Part shown: piece after piece, positions 58,698 through 64,000 of the stretch
Layout of the letters: every line of letters starts with the position of its first letter
Position numbering within the stretch: position 1 is the stretch's first letter
Source: a virus
Direction: 5' to 3' (one strand)
DNA length: 64,000 bases
IMG/VR virus record: IMGVR_UViG_3300025769_015982
Location: 22,013-86,012 of that record
The notes under the pieces: generated by a model
Database searches by the model: none
What the model saw: only the letters and a program-made list of their open reading frames with translations
Told to the model about the DNA's origin: nothing
Program-made: the position numbers and the translations under genes

Positions 58698-59480
58698 ATG
58701 GCTGGACGTGGACGACCCCGTAAAAATGCTGTTACACCTAAGACGGTGTTGAAGCATGTAGAATTTACAAAGATGAAGGATATCAAGTTTGATCCTTCGT
58801 TGTTTACCCCTATTAAAACAGGTACTATTGTTGATAGTGTTTTAAGTAATGAAGGTGGTATTTTCCCTGGCACTAATACTGTTGTTATTGGTGACCCAGG
58901 TGTGGGTAAGAGTACTGTATTGCTTGATTTGCTTGCTAATTTTCAGGCAAATAATAAGCGTGTATTGTTTATCTCTGGTGAGATGAATGAGATTGACATG
59001 TTTGGTTATGTTAAGCGTTTTCCTAAATTCGCCCAAATTCCTATTTTGTTTATGCAAAATTACTCTTCATGTCCACAAGCTGCTATTGAAAAGTCGCTTG
59101 ATCAAGGATTTGATGTTGTATTGATTGATAGTTGGGCTGAGGTGAATGATATGGTTCAGGAAGAAAATGGTTGGACACGTAAGAAGGCTGAATCATGGTT
59201 GCTTGATTTGATGGATAAGCACAATAAAGCTGATAATGAGCGTTGTAAACATACTGCATTTGTCAATATCCAACAAATGACTAAGGGTGGTGATTTTGCA
59301 GGTTCAAACCGTATTAAGCACATGACTACAGCTATGGCCCAACTTAAGTTTGATGGCCGCGGGCGTGATGCTTTGCGTTACATGGTATTTAGTAAAAACC
59401 GTCGTGGTGATGTGGGTGATAAAATTTATTTCTCACTTGTTAGGGCGGGTAATGTTCGATACAGTTTTGAACAACTATAA
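58698..59480 (+). CDS. RadA/Sms-like RecA-fold ATPase with N-terminal AT-hook
   Basis: GDPGVGKST, FISGE, VLIDS, FAGSN.IKH and KNRRG motifs; starts MAGRGRPRK. Confidence 0.85.
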   Translation: MAGRGRPRKNAVTPKTVLKHVEFTKMKDIKFDPSLFTPIKTGTIVDSVLSNEGGIFPGTNTVVIGDPGVGKSTVLLDLLANFQANNKRVLFISGEMNEIDMFGYVKRFPKFAQIPILFMQNYSSCPQAAIEKSLDQGFDVVLIDSWAEVNDMVQEENGWTRKKAESWLLDLMDKHNKADNERCKHTAFVNIQQMTKGGDFAGSNRIKHMTTAMAQLKFDGRGRDALRYMVFSKNRRGDVGDKIYFSLVRAGNVRYSFEQL

Positions 59481-59501
59481 AGATTTGTTTTGTGTTGTTG
59501 T

Positions 59502-59536
59502 AGAGGAGGGTGCTGGAGCTTCGGCTCCGCCCCTCT
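59502..59536 (+). terminator. Hairpin with UUCG loop after the RadA-like gene
   Basis: AGAGGAGGGTGCTGGAGC-TTCG-GCTCCGCCCCTCT. Confidence 0.6.
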
Positions 59537-59612
59537 GATACTAATTTAATTTGAATTCCCTCTGACTGAAAGTCAGTCAGTTTATTTTGTTTAACCCTTA
59601 ACCCCAAAAATC

Positions 59613-59831
59613 ATGGCTAAGGATAACCCCACTAAAGCCGGCGGCATGCGTCGGTTTGATGAACTTGTTGCTTTGCGCAGCGTATTTGGAAACGATTCAG
59701 TTCTACTTGAAGAATTGGTTCGTGTAATGTCAAATCGTGATGCGAGTTATTTGTTTAGGCGTGTTGCTAAGTCGTTTGATGTGACAGGTGCTCTGAATCG
59801 AGAACTCGATGTCATCAATCAACGTGACTGA
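59613..59831 (+). CDS. Hypothetical protein
   Basis: A-rich leader; codon usage like the neighbouring early genes. Confidence 0.6.
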   Translation: MAKDNPTKAGGMRRFDELVALRSVFGNDSVLLEELVRVMSNRDASYLFRRVAKSFDVTGALNRELDVINQRD

Positions 59832-59973
59832 TGCTTGACATAGTCGATCGGAATAAGCTCAAAATGGAGCTTTACAAGAATGGTGTAAGCGAAGCTAGGC
59901 AACGTGAAATCATTCAGATGTTGGAAGCCGATGAGGAACAAAGATTCCTCTTGGACATTAAAAGTGAACGAGC

Positions 59974-60015
59974 AGATGAGGACCTTTGAGTCCTCATCTT
60001 TCGTTCGTATGTTTA
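59974..60015 (+). promoter_or_regulatory. Terminator hairpin overlapping a promoter
   Basis: AGATGAGGAC-CTTTGA-GTCCTCATCT with TTTG in the loop, then TTCGTATGTTTA. Confidence 0.6.
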
Positions 60016-60034
60016 CGGTATAAGATTAAAGCAG

Positions 60035-60268
60035 ATGAGTTTATTAGATGAATTGAGAAATGTTAAAGTGCTTGCACTTATTGATGACCATAAAAAGAAC
60101 TACCCATCGTCACATAAAAAGATAATGGATGATCTAAAGAACTCAGAGTTCATTGGTGATCTATCAGTGTTCACAGCACAAAATTTGATTAGTTTTGCTG
60201 TTGATAGTGGAATGAAATTTGATACTGATAGTTTTGTTTTGAAATTGTATAAAATTTTTGATAAATGA
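60035..60268 (+). CDS. Hypothetical early protein
   Basis: Directly after a promoter. Confidence 0.6.
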   Translation: MSLLDELRNVKVLALIDDHKKNYPSSHKKIMDDLKNSEFIGDLSVFTAQNLISFAVDSGMKFDTDSFVLKLYKIFDK

Positions 60269-60401
60269 GTGAAGAAGATATGAAAGAAAAAGCCATCAAT
60301 GAAATGTTGATGGTAGGTACTGCTAAATTGTTTGGTGCCTCAAATAAATTAATTGCGTTCCAATTGGGATTGGATTTGTTGAATATGTTTACAAAGAAAA
60401 A

Positions 60402-60572
60402 ATGACCCGAAATGAATTATTTGATGTGCTCAATGAAATGATTGATCACGTTGGTACTGATGGTGTATTAGATGAATTAACACGAGCCATGTCTACAGAC
60501 GAATTAGAAGAACATGTGAGTCATCTTGATCAATATCTTTTTGATAATCATTTTTTGACCCTTGAAAGCTGA
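60402..60572 (+). CDS. Hypothetical protein (56 aa)
   Basis: ATGA-coupled; not in the ORF track. Confidence 0.5.
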   Translation: MTRNELFDVLNEMIDHVGTDGVLDELTRAMSTDELEEHVSHLDQYLFDNHFLTLES

Positions 60573-60602
60573 AAATTCGATCGTATATTAAAATAAAAAA
60601 AG

Positions 60603-60782
60603 ATGAGTAAGTTAACAAAATTTGAAAAAGCGCTTATCAGCGCTGGGTTGGAAGCAGTTAAGTCTCAATACGCAGAAGAAAACGAGCGTATCAAAGCAGC
60701 AGGTAATAATCCCATCTTTGGTGACAATTACATCCCAACTATCGTAGAAAATATTACTCACACTTTGAAACTGAACGACTAA
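60603..60782 (+). CDS. Hypothetical early protein (59 aa)
   Basis: ATG immediately after the repeat; not in the ORF track. Confidence 0.6.
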   Translation: MSKLTKFEKALISAGLEAVKSQYAEENERIKAAGNNPIFGDNYIPTIVENITHTLKLND

Positions 60783-60967
60783 TGAGCAACATGAGTTATT
60801 GTCGATTTGAAAACACAATGATCGACCTAAAAGATTGTTTGCGTCATATTGATTATGAAGCAGAAAACAGCCGTGATGAAGAGGCACGTCAAGAAATGCT
60901 TGGAATGTTCAAAGAAATTTTTGAGGATTGGGGCGGGGATGTTGAGCAATACGCCTTGTATCTCTAA
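60782..60967 (+). CDS. Hypothetical phage protein (MSNMSYCRFENT type)
   Basis: TAATG-coupled ORF. Confidence 0.65.
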   Translation: MSNMSYCRFENTMIDLKDCLRHIDYEAENSRDEEARQEMLGMFKEIFEDWGGDVEQYALYL

Positions 60968-61026
60968 AAAAATTAATTTAGCCCCTTGTAAACTGAAAAT
61001 TCGATCGTATATTAAAATAAAAAAAG

Positions 61027-61422
61027 ATGGCAACACGAGCAAGCATTAAAATCAGCGACTGCGATGGTAACTTCATTGCAAACATTTATCACCACTACGA
61101 TGGTTACCCTGAGGGGTTGGGTCAGAAATTGATTGACATTTGTGACAGTGGTAAACTTGTAAATGGATTGAGCGCTGGATCAGGTAAACAGTTCAATGGT
61201 TTCAACGATTTAGCTTGTTCAATTGTGTTTGAATTGAAAGAACACTCGGGCAATGGTCGTGTTTATTTGAACACTGAAGACGATTATGGGAAATGTGGTG
61301 AAGATTACCTGTATGAAATTGTTGAAAATCCTGCAATGCGTCAATCACCACTAGTGTTGGTTGAAAATATGAATGGTGAAACTGAATTGGTTCAAGACAT
61401 TTTGGATCGAGTAAATGCCTAA
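61027..61422 (+). CDS. Hypothetical phage protein (YxHxDGYP motif)
   Basis: MATR start, IYHHYDGYPEGLG and EDYLYEI; follows the repeat. Confidence 0.7.
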   Translation: MATRASIKISDCDGNFIANIYHHYDGYPEGLGQKLIDICDSGKLVNGLSAGSGKQFNGFNDLACSIVFELKEHSGNGRVYLNTEDDYGKCGEDYLYEIVENPAMRQSPLVLVENMNGETELVQDILDRVNA

Positions 61423-61662
61423 CAAATGCTAGATAAAATTAAGTCAAAACTACTTACTAAACTGTTCGTTGATTGGGTTAACGATGAGTTTGATGTTGAA
61501 TTGTTGGAAGCAAGTAAATTGATGATCCAAAACAGGCAGGAGCAAGTTAATTTTTTGGTGGCAAAAGCTAATCCGCCTGAGAAAATTGGTTTTCGATATT
61601 AAAGGAAATTGATTGAGACGCTTGTGGCTTGAAGATTCGATCGTATATTAAAATAAAAAAGG

Positions 61663-62178
61663 ATGGATAAGTCAATGGAAAGTGTGATGTGGCAAGTGGT
61701 TGAAGATATGAACTTCAATGGGCGTGGTCATCACAAAGCAGGATTGTATTTAACTGATGAATCAGGTTTGTCGGTTGATGGGATGCGAAAGGTTGAGTCA
61801 TTTGCTCGCCGCAAATGTGGCGCACTGTATAGTCAATTGATTGATGTTACAGGTGTGAGTGACGATAGTTATGACGATTTGCGGTGGCAGATTGTTGCCA
61901 ATGGTGAGGAGTTTTACAATAACATCACATTGGAAAAGGCTCAGAGCATGATTGACAACAATGAGTTCACTGAGAGCTTTGGTTATGCGTTCCACAAGAT
62001 TGATGAAATGGAAAGGACGGATGAACGTGAACAGCAGCTTGCTTACGTTGAGCGTTGTCGTCAAGGAATACATGGTAGCTTTTATAAAGCGCTTGTTGAT
62101 GCCTTTGATAAAGCTGACAATACTAATAAGATGAGGTTGTCACTTGGTTTTAAAGAAGTTTTTGGAGATATTGTTTGA
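61663..62178 (+). CDS. DUF4240-like protein
   Basis: SDDSYDDLRWQIVANGEEFY motif; follows the repeat. Confidence 0.55.
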   Translation: MDKSMESVMWQVVEDMNFNGRGHHKAGLYLTDESGLSVDGMRKVESFARRKCGALYSQLIDVTGVSDDSYDDLRWQIVANGEEFYNNITLEKAQSMIDNNEFTESFGYAFHKIDEMERTDEREQQLAYVERCRQGIHGSFYKALVDAFDKADNTNKMRLSLGFKEVFGDIV

Positions 62179-62223
62179 CCCTTGTAGCTTGAAGGTTCGA
62201 TCGTATATTCAAATAAAAAACAA

Positions 62224-62535
62224 ATGAAAATTTTCCATTTCCACCTCGATGACGGTATGTCAAATAAGTCAACTTTGATTTGTGAATTGAAGGACGGTGC
62301 AATCAAATATCGTTACTTCACAGGCACTGCTTCGAGTGGCATTCCGCTTGCGTTGAGTAATTTGCAAGTTGGTTACCTCCATGGTTCTACATTGCCACTG
62401 GATAATTCGCATCGCAACGGCCTTTTTAAGTTTACGAAGCAAGAATTTACTGATCGTGTGCGCTGGATCATCAATATGGATAGTACCAAGCGTGTTGTAA
62501 ATGAAGTTGAAACTGAAGTGGTATTTGAAGCATGA
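62224..62535 (+). CDS. Hypothetical early protein
   Basis: Follows the repeat. Confidence 0.65.
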   Translation: MKIFHFHLDDGMSNKSTLICELKDGAIKYRYFTGTASSGIPLALSNLQVGYLHGSTLPLDNSHRNGLFKFTKQEFTDRVRWIINMDSTKRVVNEVETEVVFEA

Positions 62536-62756
62536 CTAATTTAGAAACAAGCACTGCACCGATTGTTGCAGATCAAGAAGGTGATCACTACTTTATGGTA
62601 GGTGAAACGGTTTACTACTTGAATGAATTTATGAAAACACTTGGTAACCGGGATTTTGATGGTGTCGCTCACATCACTAACCAAGGAGGAATTGGTATTA
62701 AAGTAGATGAAGCGAACGAGGAGGTTGAGTATACTATCTTTACGGCATCTTACTAG
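62532..62756 (+). CDS. Hypothetical protein
   Basis: ATGA-coupled ORF. Confidence 0.6.
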   Translation: MTNLETSTAPIVADQEGDHYFMVGETVYYLNEFMKTLGNRDFDGVAHITNQGGIGIKVDEANEEVEYTIFTASY

Positions 62757-62804
62757 ACGCTTGTAGCTTGAGAATTCGATCGTATATTCAACCAAAAAAA
62801 GGAT

Positions 62805-63065
62805 ATGGGATTTAAGTTAAACATCGTAACAAAGACAAAAATGAGTGCAAAGGAAATGTCACGCACTTTGATCACACTGAATCAAAGTGAAGTGTTTAAG
62901 ATGGGACGTAAAACATACGTTCCATTCAGTGCAATGAGTGTTGTGTTTAACAGCAAAGGTGCAACGAAGCAATTCGATAGAGATTTGGATAGCATTACTC
63001 ATCCCACCAAAGGCAAGTTGTTTTGCCTTCCGAAAAATGTTGAACAGTTCATCAAGGTAGTGTGA
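62805..63065 (+). CDS. Hypothetical early protein
   Basis: Follows the repeat. Confidence 0.65.
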   Translation: MGFKLNIVTKTKMSAKEMSRTLITLNQSEVFKMGRKTYVPFSAMSVVFNSKGATKQFDRDLDSITHPTKGKLFCLPKNVEQFIKVV

Positions 63066-63328
63066 TGAAGCCATTTTATGAATTACGTGACCCAAGTAGG
63101 TTCGCTGAGGTGTTAGATCGGATGATGCACGATGAACCAATGAAGTGGCAAGGTTGGATGATGGATATGGAAACGAATCAACTGTCACTTGAAGCGTTTC
63201 GTAAGTGGTTGAGTTCAGAATGGTACGAAAAGGAATTGCTTAAGGAAGAGTTTCCTGAATTTCACTTCCTTGATGATGATATGTTGGTTTTGGATATGCA
63301 ACATGAACTTTTAGCAACGTTGAATTGA
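63062..63328 (+). CDS. Hypothetical protein
   Basis: Coupled ORF. Confidence 0.6.
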   Translation: MMKPFYELRDPSRFAEVLDRMMHDEPMKWQGWMMDMETNQLSLEAFRKWLSSEWYEKELLKEEFPEFHFLDDDMLVLDMQHELLATLN

Positions 63329-63524
63329 TGGAGTTTTTTATTACAGGGTTGGTTGAAGTGCTATTTGCAGTTGCTTGTTTAGTAGTAGGAGTAGGACTAG
63401 TTATAGCATTGTCTCAAGCAGGATTTGATAGTGTTCAGAATCGTGCTTATGAGAATAAAAAGAAATGGGATAGGGAAGCTTGACACTTGAGGATTCGATC
63501 GTATATTCAAGTAAAGAAAAAGGG

Positions 63525-63983
63525 ATGGATTTGAAATTTCAAACAGCAGAGCAAGTCATGAAAATGAGCAACACGCCTAACGAGGTAGACTTTGAATGTA
63601 ACCGCAACTCCGGTTTCTCAATGAACATCAATGGTTACAGAATCAGTATTCAATTTGGTCCTGGTAATTACATCTCTGATATGGACATTAGAAGAAAAAT
63701 GGATGACTATGAGCCATTGAATTTCAGAATGTTTGGTACTGACGATGCTGAGGTGATGATTTGGGGTCGTGATAATGGAACAATGTTCAACATTGCACCT
63801 CACACAATTGACACTGATGAGGGATTAGATGAGTTTTACGATGCACAAGGCGGACACATGGATCAGGTATTTGGTCATTGTAGCTCCGATTGTGTTGCTC
63901 GGATGATTGGTTGTTTAGCTAGCTGTGGTGATGAGGATCCACGCCGGTCAATTGTTCAAATTTACAATGCAAGTAAAAAATAA
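63525..63983 (+). CDS. Hypothetical early protein
   Basis: Start moved to the ATG at 63525, after the repeat. The ORF-track start lies inside the promoter. Confidence 0.65.
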   Translation: MDLKFQTAEQVMKMSNTPNEVDFECNRNSGFSMNINGYRISIQFGPGNYISDMDIRRKMDDYEPLNFRMFGTDDAEVMIWGRDNGTMFNIAPHTIDTDEGLDEFYDAQGGHMDQVFGHCSSDCVARMIGCLASCGDEDPRRSIVQIYNASKK

Positions 63984-64000
63984 AGATGATGATAAGTGTG

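Larger units (their letters stand above)
60561..63527 (+). repeat. Six copies of a ~45-bp early promoter/leader repeat
   Basis: CTTG-N13-TTCGATCGTATATT(A/C)AA plus an A-tract, then ATG; copies at about 60561, 60985, 61621, 62181, 62760 and 63479. Confidence 0.88.

Noticed and set aside
60561-63527. Regular repeats as a CRISPR array or integron attC sites
   Set aside because: The spacers are 0.4-0.7 kb of coding DNA, the repeats match promoter consensus, and no integrase or attC dyad is visible.

Overview
This window looks like part of a large lytic dsDNA phage genome. It carries a T4-like replisome, and the host is most likely a member of the Bacteroidota: recurrent TTTG-N19/20-TAnnTTTA promoters match the Bacteroidota -33/-7 consensus, Shine-Dalgarno sites are absent, 5' leaders are A-rich, and there is a DUF4494-like gene. 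Almost all genes are on the + strand and translationally coupled. Five blocks are visible. (1) 0.2-5.8 kb: a 7-deazaguanine cluster (QueD, TGT/DpdA-like, QueC, QueE, FolE2) with an embedded HPRT, a membrane-anchored PD-(D/E)XK nuclease and a MazG-like enzyme. The canonical Zn ligands of QueC and QueD are visibly lost. (2) 6.1-15.8 kb: thioredoxin, a family B DNA polymerase split into two genes around a small ORF, sliding clamp, GroES/GroEL, clamp loader subunits and an exonuclease. (3) 16-47.6 kb: a very AT-rich, ~31.6 kb island of about 38 apparently soluble glycosylation and sugar-tailoring enzymes. It includes many glycosyltransferases, two carbamoyltransferases, C- and O-methyltransferases, a nonulosonic-acid pathway with a sialyltransferase-like gene, a 2OG oxygenase and a PLOD-like GT, but no flippase, polymerase or initiating transferase. 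(4) 47.6-57 kb: small genes, Hsp20, a MoxR-type AAA+ ATPase, DUF932 and a lone minus-strand lipoprotein. (5) 57-64 kb: six tRNAs, all with U34 (including a rare Ile-UAU), an AT-hook RadA-like ATPase and a run of short early-gene cassettes, each headed by a conserved ~45-bp promoter repeat. All functional calls come from motifs read by eye; no database search was run.
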